From an uncultured delta proteobacterium (GTDB taxonomy: Bacteria; Desulfobacterota; Desulfobacteria; Desulfobacterales; QNYZ01), in assembly GCA_963845145.1 (NCBI GenBank), contig CAWJQU010000002.1, forward strand, positions 32,001 to 96,000: DNA of 64,000 bases, given 5' to 3'. The notes beneath the pieces were generated by a model. The model searched no databases, had not been told where the DNA came from, and saw nothing but the letters and a program-made list of their open reading frames with translations. A program made the translations under genes and the position numbers. Positions 52,403 to 62,709 of this stretch are shown here, one piece after another (positions within the stretch are counted from its first letter, which is position 1; each line of letters starts with the position of its first letter).

Positions 52403-53237
52403 TCATGAGGATGATAAGATCGACTGGATCGCTTCCGGCATGCCGTCAAAGCCGCCATAGGTGAGTGCATACGCCTTAGCCTTCCGCGCCAGATCGGCCA
52501 TGGCACGAAACCCGTGATCTTTCAGTTTCCGCGCGTTGACATGACAACCCATAAGTTTCATCGCGCATTGTGCGCCGGTCAGTTTTTGCAATGTCAACGC
52601 CTCGCCCGGTTTAAATTTTGGAAAAAGAATAACAGAAGGAAACGGCGTTTGGGGGAGATAGTTGGGATTTAATAACCGGTGAGGAATCATCATGCCGGCG
52701 CTTCCTTCCAGGGTTTTTTCGCGGTTAATTTTGATCCGTTCTAACAAAGGCGTTTAGCGCGGGACGTTTTAAACTAATGGGGCGTGTAAAAGGATGGATC
52801 TGAAACGGCTCGCTTGAGATGGAGACGAGTTCATCGGTTAGATAATTAAACCCATGACAGGTTAACAAGGCCGCCGTTGTGCTCTTTCCCGCTCCGCTTT
52901 GCCCTGGAATCAAAATGCCTTTCCCTTCGAAGGAGAGTGCGGCGGCATGCAGCATATGCCTCTGTCTGTTTTCCCGGATTAATTCATAGATGGCTTCATT
53001 TATTAAGCTGTCGGCCAGGGCATGAAGGGAATCTCCGCTGTAGCACCGGCGATTCCCGGAGTACAAAGCCATCCCTTTATCCCCCTCGGTGATGCGAATC
53101 TCTATAGTCGTCTTAGGCACAACACGATTTTTATTGGTAAGATCGCAAAACAACAAATTGATCAGATTTTCAGCATCAACATGGTCGTAACCGATGGCGA
53201 GAAATTGTCCGGCAAAGCTGACAATTTGTGTTTTCAT
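52403..53237 (-). pseudogene. HprK-related P-loop kinase with one +1 frameshift near 52754 (277 aa when corrected)
   Basis: LHAAAL, GQSGAGKST, YLTDE, PFTRPISLK; ORFs 52725..53264 and 52403..52747 join on removing one A in CTAAACG. Confidence 0.75.
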
Positions 53238-53238
53238 C

Positions 53239-53526
53239 TCATCGTTTCTGCAGCGACATGGCACCGTTTTCCACCAGGGTCTGAATGGCTGCGATCACAT
53301 CAGAACCAATTTGTTTTTCCTGTTGTGGGTAAGCCTGCGCCAACAGCCCGATAATATCTTCAACGGTTCGGCGACCATCGCACACTTCCCAGATCAAAGC
53401 AGCTGTCTCATTGAGATAGACCGCTTTCGTTCCCGAAAGACTGTATAGCAGAATCTCGTTATCAATTTTTTCAAGATGATAATCGGCGTTTAACACCGGA
53501 GTCTCTTTTTCGATCATTGGTATCAT
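53239..53526 (-). CDS. PqqD-family RiPP recognition element (RRE)
   Basis: EILLY...YLNETAALIWEVCDGRRTVEDII..L...YP...DV...IQTL. Confidence 0.85.
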   Translation of the reverse strand: MIPMIEKETPVLNADYHLEKIDNEILLYSLSGTKAVYLNETAALIWEVCDGRRTVEDIIGLLAQAYPQQEKQIGSDVIAAIQTLVENGAMSLQKR

Positions 53527-53556
53527 CCCTAGCCTCGACACTTTACCTATATAAAT

Positions 53557-53590
53557 AAAACAGCCGGGCGCTCACGCTCCCGGCTGTTTT
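53557..53590 (-). terminator. Intrinsic terminator after the second etfA
   Basis: AAAACAGCCGGG...CCCGGCTGTTTT inverted repeat with T-runs on both strands. Confidence 0.75.
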
Positions 53591-53613
53591 TTTGATACGA
53601 TTTTGCTTAAAAA

Positions 53614-54585
53614 TTACAGTTCTTCAATCGCCTCCGCCAACTCCGGGATAAAGTCGAGAATATCGGCCTCAATCCCCACATCGGCGACCTGGAATATCGG
53701 AGCCTTGGGATTTTTGTTGACGGCCACGATAAACGGATTACCCTTGATACCGCCCAGATGTTGAAAAGAGCCACTGATACCCATGGCCATGTAAACCTTA
53801 GGCTTTACCGTCTGTCCCGAAGTGCCCACCTGTCTGGATTTTTCCATCCATTTGGCGTCCACGATAGGCCGGGAGCAGGAGACATCGGCCCCCATGGCCT
53901 TGGCCAGGTCAAAAGCGATCTCGAGATTATCCTCATCTTCAATTCCCCGGCCGATGGAAACGAGCACTTCGGATTTGGTGATATCCACGTCACCCACCTC
54001 GGCTTCCACGATCTCTACAAAGGTCCTGGTGGAAGTCAGATCCCCAATATCGCCGCTCTTGTCAACCACATCACCGGAAGCCGTTTGGGCATCGTCCGCC
54101 TGGAATACGCCGGGACGGATATTCAGGACCGCACCGGAGGCGATATCCGCCGCAACGTGGGTGCTCGCCTGACCGCCATACTCCTGCCGAACAACCGTCA
54201 TTTCGCTACCGTTAAACCCTTCGATACCGACCACATCAGCAAGAAAAGCGGCGTTAAGCTTGACGGCCAACCCGGGGGATAAGTCCATTCCAAAGGTATC
54301 ATGGGGAACCAGTATCATGGCGTTTTCTGGTAACAGCGAAACCAGCGCTTGGCGAATGATTTCCGCATTGGGATAAGCATAAGCGCCGTTATCTATTTTC
54401 CAAACCGTTTGGTAACGTTTTGCGGCCTCGTCGCAAACACTATTCAGGCCTTCCCCGGACCCGACCACAATGGCGATCACCGCCGCGTCGGAATTGATTT
54501 TAGCGGCAGCTACAGGCAACTCCATGGCCGAATCGTCGGCCACCCCATTTTTATGTGCAATATAAGCAAATATTTGATCGGTCAT
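53614..54585 (-). CDS. etfA: Electron transfer flavoprotein alpha subunit (second copy)
   Basis: SIGRG, CSRPIVD, QVGTSG, GISGSFQH. Confidence 0.95.
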   Translation of the reverse strand: MTDQIFAYIAHKNGVADDSAMELPVAAAKINSDAAVIAIVVGSGEGLNSVCDEAAKRYQTVWKIDNGAYAYPNAEIIRQALVSLLPENAMILVPHDTFGMDLSPGLAVKLNAAFLADVVGIEGFNGSEMTVVRQEYGGQASTHVAADIASGAVLNIRPGVFQADDAQTASGDVVDKSGDIGDLTSTRTFVEIVEAEVGDVDITKSEVLVSIGRGIEDEDNLEIAFDLAKAMGADVSCSRPIVDAKWMEKSRQVGTSGQTVKPKVYMAMGISGSFQHLGGIKGNPFIVAVNKNPKAPIFQVADVGIEADILDFIPELAEAIEEL

Positions 54586-55382
54586 TATTTTAATCCTCCA
54601 TTGGCTTTGAGCAGTTCAATCAATTTGGCGATGACTTCTTCGGTGTCACCTTCCAGCATCTCAGCGCCCTCGCCTAATTCAGGCACAAAATAATCGAGCC
54701 GCTTGACTTTGGCTCCCGCCAGTCCGACCGCAGCCGATTCCAAGCCAAGATCGGCCATGCCATGAGTGGGAATATCCAAGGAGGCAACTTTGCGAATACC
54801 GCGAATACCGACATACCGTGGCTCATTAATGCCGGTTTGAATCGACAGAACACAGGGTAGCGCCATTTCGTTGATTTCGATATTTCCGCCTTCAATCTCC
54901 CGTCCCGCTTTTATTTTGCTGTCATCCACAATTTCGATCTGATTAACCAGGGATGCATAGGGAACCTCCAACAGCGCGGCCAGCATACCCCCCACTTCAC
55001 CGGATCCGGCTTCAGACTGGGCACCGGTCAAAATCAGGTCGTAATTACCTTTGGCAATCGCCGCTTTTAAAATTTTGGCGATTCCCAGGCCATCGGAACC
55101 TTCAAAGCCATCATCCGCCAACAGAATCCCTTTATCCGCGCCCATTGCCATTTCTCGGCGCAGCACTTCTTCGGCCTCTTCGTCCCCCACGGTAATAACC
55201 GTCACACTGCCACCAACCCGGTCACGAATCTGAATGGCCTCTTCTACCGCATAATTATCCCATTCGTTGACCGAATAGACCAAATCATCCCGATCGATAT
55301 CGGTCCCATCCGAATTGACTTCGATCTCGTTTTCGGCTGTGTCCGGCACGCGGGTCACACAAACTAAAATCTCCATTTTCAC
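54585..55382 (-). CDS. etfB: Electron transfer flavoprotein beta subunit (second copy)
   Basis: VCVTRVPD, NEWDNYAVEEA, AMGAD, NEPRY. Confidence 0.95.
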   Translation of the reverse strand: MKMEILVCVTRVPDTAENEIEVNSDGTDIDRDDLVYSVNEWDNYAVEEAIQIRDRVGGSVTVITVGDEEAEEVLRREMAMGADKGILLADDGFEGSDGLGIAKILKAAIAKGNYDLILTGAQSEAGSGEVGGMLAALLEVPYASLVNQIEIVDDSKIKAGREIEGGNIEINEMALPCVLSIQTGINEPRYVGIRGIRKVASLDIPTHGMADLGLESAAVGLAGAKVKRLDYFVPELGEGAEMLEGDTEEVIAKLIELLKANGGLK

Positions 55383-55454
55383 CTCCTTGAATGATTAAAC
55401 AACGTATATCAAAAACGCATACATGAAGCGGTTCGCGACCGCCTCAATAAGATA

Positions 55455-57533
55455 TTAAATCTGTTGATCCACCAGTTCTACCAGGTCCAGCGCTTCAATC
55501 TTCCCTTCCATTCCGCTAACCTTGATGGCATCTTCAATATTAACCAGGCAAAAAGGACAAGCCGTCACAATGACGTTGGCTCCGGCCTCAGCGGCCATCT
55601 GAACCCTCAGCACACCCATACGCTGTTCCTCTTCGGGCTCATAAAAAAGCATCAGCCCACCGCCACCACAGCAAAACGAGCGATCCCGGCTTTTCTCCAT
55701 GTCTATACGTTTAAGACCAGGCACGGCATCGAGAACGGCCCGGGGGTCATCATAGAGTTCGTTATGCCGCCCAAGGTAACAAGGGTCATGATAGGTATAG
55801 ATTTTATCAACGTTCGAACCGTTGTTTGAAAGGGGTTTCAGACTCAACATGCCGTTTTTTATATTTTGTAATATCACCTGGCTGACATGTTCAACCGGCG
55901 GCAGCCCCTCATAGTCGTGGGTTAAGGCATTAAAGGCATGGGGATCGGCAGTGACGATACGGCTAACCCCACTATTGAGGATGGCTTCGGTGTTTTGATC
56001 TTTTAATTCGAGAAATAGCATCTCCTCGCCAAAACGGCGCACTTCATTACCGCTATCTTTCTCTTTTTTGCCTAAAATACCGAAATCAACTCCCGCGGCA
56101 GTCAAAACCCTGGCCGTGGCCTGGGCAATAGCCTGCATCCGGTCGTCGAGGGAGGTGATGCTGTCGACAAAATAAAGGGTGTCGGCCGTCTGCTTTTTAT
56201 CCAGCACCTTAACCTGGCAATCGGCAGCGAAAGCCTTGTCCTTTATCCAGTCGATGCGCTTTTTCTCCATCTTACCCCAGGGATTCCCACGTTTTTCAAG
56301 GGCGCTGAGCGGTTTTTGCAGGGATTGGGGCACCAGGCCTTCATCAACCATCCCTCGCCGCAAATCCACGATTTTATCAATATATTCGATAAGCAGGGGA
56401 CACTCCGCCTCGCAGGCGCCGCAGGTGGTGCAAGACCAGATTTCATCCTCGCTGAAGATGTTCCCGATCAGTGCCTCATCACTCGGATGCATATCACCTC
56501 GAAGGGGATAATGCTTAAAAGCGAAATCCCGCGACTTCACAGAAATAAACCGGGGCGACAGTGGTCGCGCCACGGCATTGGCCGGGCACTGGTCCGAGCA
56601 GCGCCCGCAATCGGCGCATGAGTAAAAATCGAGCATATGCTTCCAGGTAAAATCTTCAAATTTTTTAACCCCGAAAGAATCCAGGTCATCCAGTTCCGAT
56701 TCCTTCACACCCCACTTCACCGGTTTGATGGTGCCATTATTCAGTTTTCTGAAAAAGACATTCGGCAGGGAGGTGATCACATGGAAATGTTTTCCGTTGG
56801 GTAAAAAACATAGGAAAAAGAAAAAGGCCAGCTCATGGATAAGATAACTGCCCAGATGGATGGTTTGCAATACAGACAAGGCTGTCCCCTCAAACGCCTG
56901 AGCGGTCATCCAGTGGCCCGTCAGCGGGAAAAGAAATTCAGCCCCATGGCCTGCTTGAGCCTGAGCCGCATCCCAACTGCCCTCAAAGGCCATGTCACAA
57001 ATCATCAAGGTAGCAATGATTACCAGAACAAAAACGGCCTCCCGGGAATGATCCCGCCCGTACTTTTCAGGGACGGCGTAGCGGGCGGGTTTAATGATTC
57101 CCCGTCGAATCATGGCAATAATGACAGCCACTAAAACACCGGTCGCCGCAATGTCTTTCAGGACATTATAGACGGCACCCAGGGCCCCGTTGAAGCCGGG
57201 GAGCACAAAACCCGAGGAGACACCCATCAAGACTAGGGTGACAGAACGTAAAGAGAGTATGATAAAACCGGCAAAGATAATGATGTGCAGCACGCCGGCC
57301 AGCATGTATCGGGGCTGGCGCCATTGGGCCAGAGCATATTTGACCATGCCGAACAAACGTTCAAATAGGCGATCGCCACGAGGGTCCGACGCAGCTCGGA
57401 CCAAAGGAGCCATCCGTTTGGCCATTATGAAGGTAAAAATGGCAACTGCCACAACAGGAATCAAGAGGCCGAAGAGCGCCCCCGGAATACCGAAAATGGA
57501 AACGTCGGCCGGTGCAATAAGTCCCGAATTCAT
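55455..57533 (-). CDS. Membrane Fe-S oxidoreductase (HdrF/FadF-type, probable ETF:menaquinone oxidoreductase)
   Basis: N-terminal TM domain with His residues, CADCGRCSDQCP, CTTCGACEAECP, HDPC and CCGGGG CCG motifs; lies between ACAD and etfBA. Confidence 0.85.
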   Translation of the reverse strand: MNSGLIAPADVSIFGIPGALFGLLIPVVAVAIFTFIMAKRMAPLVRAASDPRGDRLFERLFGMVKYALAQWRQPRYMLAGVLHIIIFAGFIILSLRSVTLVLMGVSSGFVLPGFNGALGAVYNVLKDIAATGVLVAVIIAMIRRGIIKPARYAVPEKYGRDHSREAVFVLVIIATLMICDMAFEGSWDAAQAQAGHGAEFLFPLTGHWMTAQAFEGTALSVLQTIHLGSYLIHELAFFFFLCFLPNGKHFHVITSLPNVFFRKLNNGTIKPVKWGVKESELDDLDSFGVKKFEDFTWKHMLDFYSCADCGRCSDQCPANAVARPLSPRFISVKSRDFAFKHYPLRGDMHPSDEALIGNIFSEDEIWSCTTCGACEAECPLLIEYIDKIVDLRRGMVDEGLVPQSLQKPLSALEKRGNPWGKMEKKRIDWIKDKAFAADCQVKVLDKKQTADTLYFVDSITSLDDRMQAIAQATARVLTAAGVDFGILGKKEKDSGNEVRRFGEEMLFLELKDQNTEAILNSGVSRIVTADPHAFNALTHDYEGLPPVEHVSQVILQNIKNGMLSLKPLSNNGSNVDKIYTYHDPCYLGRHNELYDDPRAVLDAVPGLKRIDMEKSRDRSFCCGGGGLMLFYEPEEEQRMGVLRVQMAAEAGANVIVTACPFCLVNIEDAIKVSGMEGKIEALDLVELVDQQI

Positions 57534-57708
57534 TCAATTCCTTTCTTCAATGGTTACTTCATGGTTACCTCAAGGCCCCGAAACACCAATGAAATTAAAT
57601 AAATTTATAAATTTTATACTTTGTTAGCGAGGGTTGGGTCCGGAGAAGTTACTGAATGATACCCATAAAGGTATTGGTCAGATTCCCGTGAGTACTTTCA
57701 CCCAATCG

Positions 57709-57748
57709 AAGCGGCCGAAATCATCGTTTTTTTATATTTCGGCCGCTT
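57709..57748. terminator. Stem-loop downstream of the acyl-CoA dehydrogenase
   Basis: AAGCGGCCGAAAT...ATTTCGGCCGCTT, 13-bp arms. Confidence 0.55.
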
Positions 57749-57813
57749 TGGGGACACGCTATTTTTCTGCGAGTCTTTAGCAAAGATTGGCTTATTGGGC
57801 AAGAGGCTGCGGC

Positions 57814-59622
57814 TTAAAAGCTATCTTCCGATATGGTCACTACGGCATCGTTTCCGGTTAATATCGTTTCCATTTTGCCATGGGTGAGGGGGAGCATGTT
57901 GTGGATAAAAAATTCGGCGGATTTAAGCTGGCCCTCGAAATAGGCCCGGTCCTTTTTCTTGGCCCCTTTATCAAGCCTTTCAATCGCCAGGGTTGCCCGC
58001 CATAACAACATCCAGGCCATGACCACATCACCGGTCACATCCATAAACGGGTTGGCATAAGCGAAAGCCGATGCGGCCTCAGGACTCATGGCTTTGGCAC
58101 CAATGTGCATGCCGACTTCCCCCAGTTTATTGACAACGGCGTCTAATTTATCTGCCAAATTTTTAAGTGAATCATATGCTCTGGCCTTTTTAATGATACC
58201 CTGGATTTTTCCTAAGAGATCCATGACCGGTTTGCCTTGATTCATCCCGAGTTTGCGGCCCAACAGATCCATGGCCTGGATACCGTTAGTCCCCTCGTAA
58301 ATCATGGTGATGCGAACGTCCCGCAACAGTTGTTCCTGGGGATATTCTTTAATGTACCCATATCCGCCAAATACCTGGACGCCAAGGCTGCATACCTCAA
58401 AGGAACGATCGGTCACATAGCCTTTGCAAATCGGGATCAATAAATCGATCATCCCCTGGTAGGTTTCATGCTCACTCGCGTCTTCAGCCACGCTCTTTAA
58501 ATCCTCAAGATAACCGACATAATAGAGCAGGCTGCGCATCCCCTCGACATAGACCTTCATGGTCATCAGCATTCGCCGGATATTAGGGTGTTGAATGATG
58601 GGTACGGAGGGCGCATTTTTATCCATCATCTGCAATAAATTTCGCCCCTGAATGCGCTCCCGGGCATAATTCAAGGCGTTCATATAGGAATTAGTGGCGC
58701 AGGAAAACCCTTGTAAGCCTACCAATAACCGGGCCGCATTCATCATCACAAACATGTTGCGCATGCCTTTGTTTTCCCCGCCCAGCAAAATGCCTCGACA
58801 GTTTCCCTTACCGCCCAGTGTCAGCGAGCAGGTGGCATTCCCGTGGATTCCCATTTTCTTTTCGACACCCGTGCAAACCACATCGTTAAATTCACCCAAA
58901 GTGCCATCGTCATTAACCCGGTATTTAGGCACCAAAAACAGGGAAATCCCTTTGGTTCCGGCGGGTGCACCCTCGATGCGGGCCAGTACGGGATGAATAA
59001 TATTTTCAGTCAGATCATGATCACCGGAGGAGATGAATATTTTATTTCCGGTGATGGAATAGGTCCCGTCGTCGTTTTTCACAGCTGATGTGGTCAGCGC
59101 CCCAACGTCAGACCCGGCCTGGGATTCCGTCAACAACATGGTGCCGGTCCACTCACCCGTATACATCTTCTTTAAAAACAATTCCTTTTGCGCTTCCGTT
59201 CCAAAAGCCTCTACCAGTAACCCGGCCCCATGGGTGAGTCCCGCATACATCATGAAGGCGAAGTTCCCGCCAATCAGGTAATCACCGGCAGCCAGTGAGA
59301 GAGAGGCCGGCATCCCCTGACCGCCCCACTCGGGATCTTCGCTCATGGCGATCCATTCCCCCTCCTTGATTAAATCCCAGGCGCGGTGAAATTCTTTAGG
59401 TACGGTCACATTACCTTGGTCGAAAGTGACGCCCTCTTCATCACCGATCTTCTGGGTGGGAAGAATCTCTTTGACGGCCAGGTTCCGCGCCTCACTCACA
59501 ATCAAATCAATGGTTTTTCGGTTGAAATCAGCAAACCGGGTATGGTCGGCCAAAGCCGCTACATTCAATTGATCATGTAAAACAAAGTCGATGTCCTTAC
59601 GGTCCGCGATTACTTGTGCCAT
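57814..59622 (-). CDS. Acyl-CoA dehydrogenase (long, about 600-aa type)
   Basis: MLLTESQAGSD, GNKIFIS, KKMGIHG, QVFGGYGY, IYEGTNGIQ. Confidence 0.95.
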   Translation of the reverse strand: MAQVIADRKDIDFVLHDQLNVAALADHTRFADFNRKTIDLIVSEARNLAVKEILPTQKIGDEEGVTFDQGNVTVPKEFHRAWDLIKEGEWIAMSEDPEWGGQGMPASLSLAAGDYLIGGNFAFMMYAGLTHGAGLLVEAFGTEAQKELFLKKMYTGEWTGTMLLTESQAGSDVGALTTSAVKNDDGTYSITGNKIFISSGDHDLTENIIHPVLARIEGAPAGTKGISLFLVPKYRVNDDGTLGEFNDVVCTGVEKKMGIHGNATCSLTLGGKGNCRGILLGGENKGMRNMFVMMNAARLLVGLQGFSCATNSYMNALNYARERIQGRNLLQMMDKNAPSVPIIQHPNIRRMLMTMKVYVEGMRSLLYYVGYLEDLKSVAEDASEHETYQGMIDLLIPICKGYVTDRSFEVCSLGVQVFGGYGYIKEYPQEQLLRDVRITMIYEGTNGIQAMDLLGRKLGMNQGKPVMDLLGKIQGIIKKARAYDSLKNLADKLDAVVNKLGEVGMHIGAKAMSPEAASAFAYANPFMDVTGDVVMAWMLLWRATLAIERLDKGAKKKDRAYFEGQLKSAEFFIHNMLPLTHGKMETILTGNDAVVTISEDSF

Positions 59623-59682
59623 GGTCAGTGATCTCCATTTTTTTATTAAATAAAAAAATTAGTTAATTACAATAAGTACTTA

Positions 59683-60294
59683 TTATTGTTGTTCATTAGA
59701 ACAAGAACCGATACCTTTAAGTACGAGATCGGCAAGCGGTTCCGTCATGGTGGTCAGATCGTAGCTACCGTCAGACATCAACCAGGTACTGATCACTTCT
59801 TCCACGGCGCCTAAAAAAAACCGCTTGACCAATCCCATATACAGGTCCTTGCGCATGACACCTTCCCGCTGGCCCTGTTCGATGATTTCAGCCAAAAGAT
59901 CAAAATAGATTTTGGCCATTTCCCGAATCTGATCATCCACCAGCCGGCTATACCGACGGGTTTCAGCCTGGTAGACAATGGCCATGTCTTTATCGGCCTG
60001 AAAAGCCTGAAGATGATAACGGATCAGACTGGTGAGTTTGTCAACTGCTGAATCCGCCCGGTCCACCTCTTTACGAAAACGGGCGAAGACCTCCCGCATT
60101 TTATAATGAAAAAACTGAACGAGGATATCGTCTTTATTCTTAAAATAAAGATAGATGGTACCGTCGGCGACACCGGCCATGCCGGCAATATCGGAAATGG
60201 TTGCCTGGTGGAATCCGTGCCGGGCAAATATTTTTCCGGCCGCATTTAGAATGCGCCGATATTTATCATTGGACCGCTTGGTGTTATTGGCCAT
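59683..60294 (-). CDS. TetR-family regulator (FadR-like)
   Basis: IAGMAGVADGTIYLYFKNKDDIL HTH. Confidence 0.92.
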   Translation of the reverse strand: MANNTKRSNDKYRRILNAAGKIFARHGFHQATISDIAGMAGVADGTIYLYFKNKDDILVQFFHYKMREVFARFRKEVDRADSAVDKLTSLIRYHLQAFQADKDMAIVYQAETRRYSRLVDDQIREMAKIYFDLLAEIIEQGQREGVMRKDLYMGLVKRFFLGAVEEVISTWLMSDGSYDLTTMTEPLADLVLKGIGSCSNEQQ

Positions 60295-60327
60295 TGCCTG
60301 TACTTTTATCGGTTAGAGACAATAAAA

Positions 60328-60494
60328 TATGAATTTGTATTCATAACCTAACATAGGCCGTAAAAGCCGTCAAGAAAAAATACTGTCAGGCCGATTTTGA
60401 CAATATTTTAATAATATTTTAGTTATTTGTGATTAATTTTCGTTTCCTTTGAATATAAATTCGGATTGACGATAAGCAATGAATTGATATTCAC
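60328..60494. promoter_or_regulatory. Putative TetR operators TGAAT-N4-ATTCA
   Basis: TATGAATTTGTATTCATA (60328-60345), ATGAATTGATATTCAC (60479-60494), weaker TGAATATAAATTCG (60450-60463). Confidence 0.6.
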
Positions 60495-60584
60495 TTGACA
60501 TTCGATAGTGGAGATTGGATGATCTTACGATCTTTGGGACACTTACCTTACAACCACCCATATAATTATAAAAGAAGAGGCACT

Positions 60585-61091
60585 ATGCCGGAAAAAAAAC
60601 GATGTCATTTTTGTGGGCACCGTCTGATCCAACGACACTATGAAGGGCGCACCCGTCTTTTTTGTGAAGCCTGTCGCCAGCCGATATACGAAAATCCTGT
60701 GCCTGCGACCTGCCTTGTCGTTCGGGATGAAACCGGCAGGCTCCTTTTGGTCAAACGGGCCGTTGAGCCCCAAAAAGGCGGATGGTGTCTACCCGGCGGG
60801 TATATGGAAATGGACGAAGAACCCGACGCCTCGGCGCTTCGTGAATTGAATGAAGAAACCGGTTTAACCGGCCGAATTGAAAGGCTATTGGGGGTTATGA
60901 AAGGCCAGAGTGATATCTATGGATCGCTGTTGATGGTCGGCTATCTGGTTACCTCTTTTGAGGGTCACTTGATCGCCGGCGACGATGCCGAGGCTACCGT
61001 ATTTTATGAACCCGATAACATGCCGCCCGTGGTATTTAGAACCCACCGGCGATTTATCGCCATGGCGCAAAAAGGGTTTTCAAAGGGGTGA
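60585..61091 (+). CDS. Nudix hydrolase with N-terminal zinc ribbon
   Basis: CHFCG...CEAC...YENP; Nudix box GG...E...SALRELNEETGL. Confidence 0.92.
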   Translation: MPEKKRCHFCGHRLIQRHYEGRTRLFCEACRQPIYENPVPATCLVVRDETGRLLLVKRAVEPQKGGWCLPGGYMEMDEEPDASALRELNEETGLTGRIERLLGVMKGQSDIYGSLLMVGYLVTSFEGHLIAGDDAEATVFYEPDNMPPVVFRTHRRFIAMAQKGFSKG

Positions 61092-61097
61092 TGCGTA

Positions 61098-61955
61098 CTA
61101 ATTATCGCCAAATGCTTCCCGCTCCTTAGCCTTAGCCCACAATCGTTCCAGGTCCTCTCGGGGTGTTTCTTCAAGGGCGCTGCCGTTGATTGCAACCGCT
61201 TGTTCCATCCAACGAAATCTTTTTTCGAATTTACGTATGGCTGCCGCCACAGCGGTGTCCGGGTGAAAGTGGGCAAATCGGGCCACATTAACAAGGGTAA
61301 GAATCATATCGCCGAATTCGAGCTGAACGTCATTTTTTTTCCGATCGATGTCCCCGTCTGATTCAGCCAGTGCCAGCTGGCTAAGTGCCGACTTAAACTC
61401 GCCCCACTCTTCTTCCACTTTTTCAATGACTTCACCCAAATTGTCCCAATCAAAACCGGTACCGGCAGCCCGCTCGGAAACACGGTATGCCCGCATCAGG
61501 GCCGGCAACCCAGAGGGAATGGAATCAAGGACCGACGTTGACGCCGATGCTGGTAATTGGTTTTCCTTTTCCTGCCGCTTGATTCGGTTCCATTGGGCAC
61601 GAATCTCGGTTGTATTTTCAATCCGCTTATTTGCAAACACATGGGGATGGCGCCTCACCATCTTTTCGACATTGCCGGCGACGATATCGGAAAGATTAAA
61701 TTGCCCGGCTTCATTAAAAAGATGGGCCATGAAAATAATATGAAACAGAACATCGCCCAGTTCAGCGCAGATATCATCAGGCTGACCATTTGCAACGGCG
61801 TCGCTTAATTCATGGGCCTCTTCCACCAGATAGCGGGAAATGGTTTCGGGGGTCTGTTTTTGGTCCCAGGGGCAACCCGATTCACCGCGAAGCGAGTGAA
61901 TCAGGTCAATCAGAGGATGAAGAGAGTCCGAATCAGATTTTTCTATTTTTTCCAA
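61098..61955 (-). CDS. mazG: Nucleoside triphosphate pyrophosphohydrolase
   Basis: GCPWDQKQT, EEAHE, ELGD, RRHPHVF, GFDW. Confidence 0.95.
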   Translation of the reverse strand: MEKIEKSDSDSLHPLIDLIHSLRGESGCPWDQKQTPETISRYLVEEAHELSDAVANGQPDDICAELGDVLFHIIFMAHLFNEAGQFNLSDIVAGNVEKMVRRHPHVFANKRIENTTEIRAQWNRIKRQEKENQLPASASTSVLDSIPSGLPALMRAYRVSERAAGTGFDWDNLGEVIEKVEEEWGEFKSALSQLALAESDGDIDRKKNDVQLEFGDMILTLVNVARFAHFHPDTAVAAAIRKFEKRFRWMEQAVAINGSALEETPREDLERLWAKAKEREAFGDN

Positions 61956-62464
61956 TTTTTTATATACTTATCTATATTTGTATCATATTTTGATTTAACC
62001 TTGTCGGTCACTACCAAAGCAATTTTTTCAGAAACAGGGGCCAGATAGCGCGCCAGTCGCGATTGCTGAACGATACCCACGCCCGGAGGCAAAAAGGTGG
62101 TGAGCGCAACCAAAAGGATCGATGCCACGAGAATCGCTTTGCCCCCGCCAAAAATAACCCCCAGTACACGATCCAGCCAGCCGATTTTGGTTACCTTCAT
62201 CAGGTAATGGATCACCCATGCCAGAAGGATGACCACGACGAATACGCTGCAAAAAAGGATCATGAAAGCGGCGATATCCCGGTACCCCGGCGTATCGATC
62301 CAACTCTTTAAATATCCGGTTAAAAGGGGATAGTAACGGATACCGGCGAAAAACCCGGCCAATACGCCCACGATTGAAGATATTTGCCGAACCATACCGA
62401 TTAAAAAACCCCGAATTAAACAAAAGCTCAGGATAACCACGACGATGATATCAAAAATATTCAT
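61943..62464 (-). CDS. cvpA: CvpA-family membrane protein
   Basis: MNIFDII...RG...G...LDRVLGVIFG...SRL. Confidence 0.88.
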   Translation of the reverse strand: MNIFDIIVVVILSFCLIRGFLIGMVRQISSIVGVLAGFFAGIRYYPLLTGYLKSWIDTPGYRDIAAFMILFCSVFVVVILLAWVIHYLMKVTKIGWLDRVLGVIFGGGKAILVASILLVALTTFLPPGVGIVQQSRLARYLAPVSEKIALVVTDKVKSKYDTNIDKYIKNWKK

Positions 62465-62709
62465 AAATTCCTTATAGTTGATCGTATAATTGATTAGATG
62501 ACGGTAAGCGGCCTATAAAACCGGCTCCGTTTAGGCAGCTAACAAAGGCGTTTCACCGAGTCAAGGTCTTTTTCCAGATTGCCGATCATCCCCATTGAAG
62601 GATTGCATTTATAAAAATCGATGTGGTAGGGTACTTTGCAGATGGCACACTGAGTGAGGGATAGTGTCGCCGATCATTTGTAAAATAAATCATTACGAGT
62701 AAATTTTTC

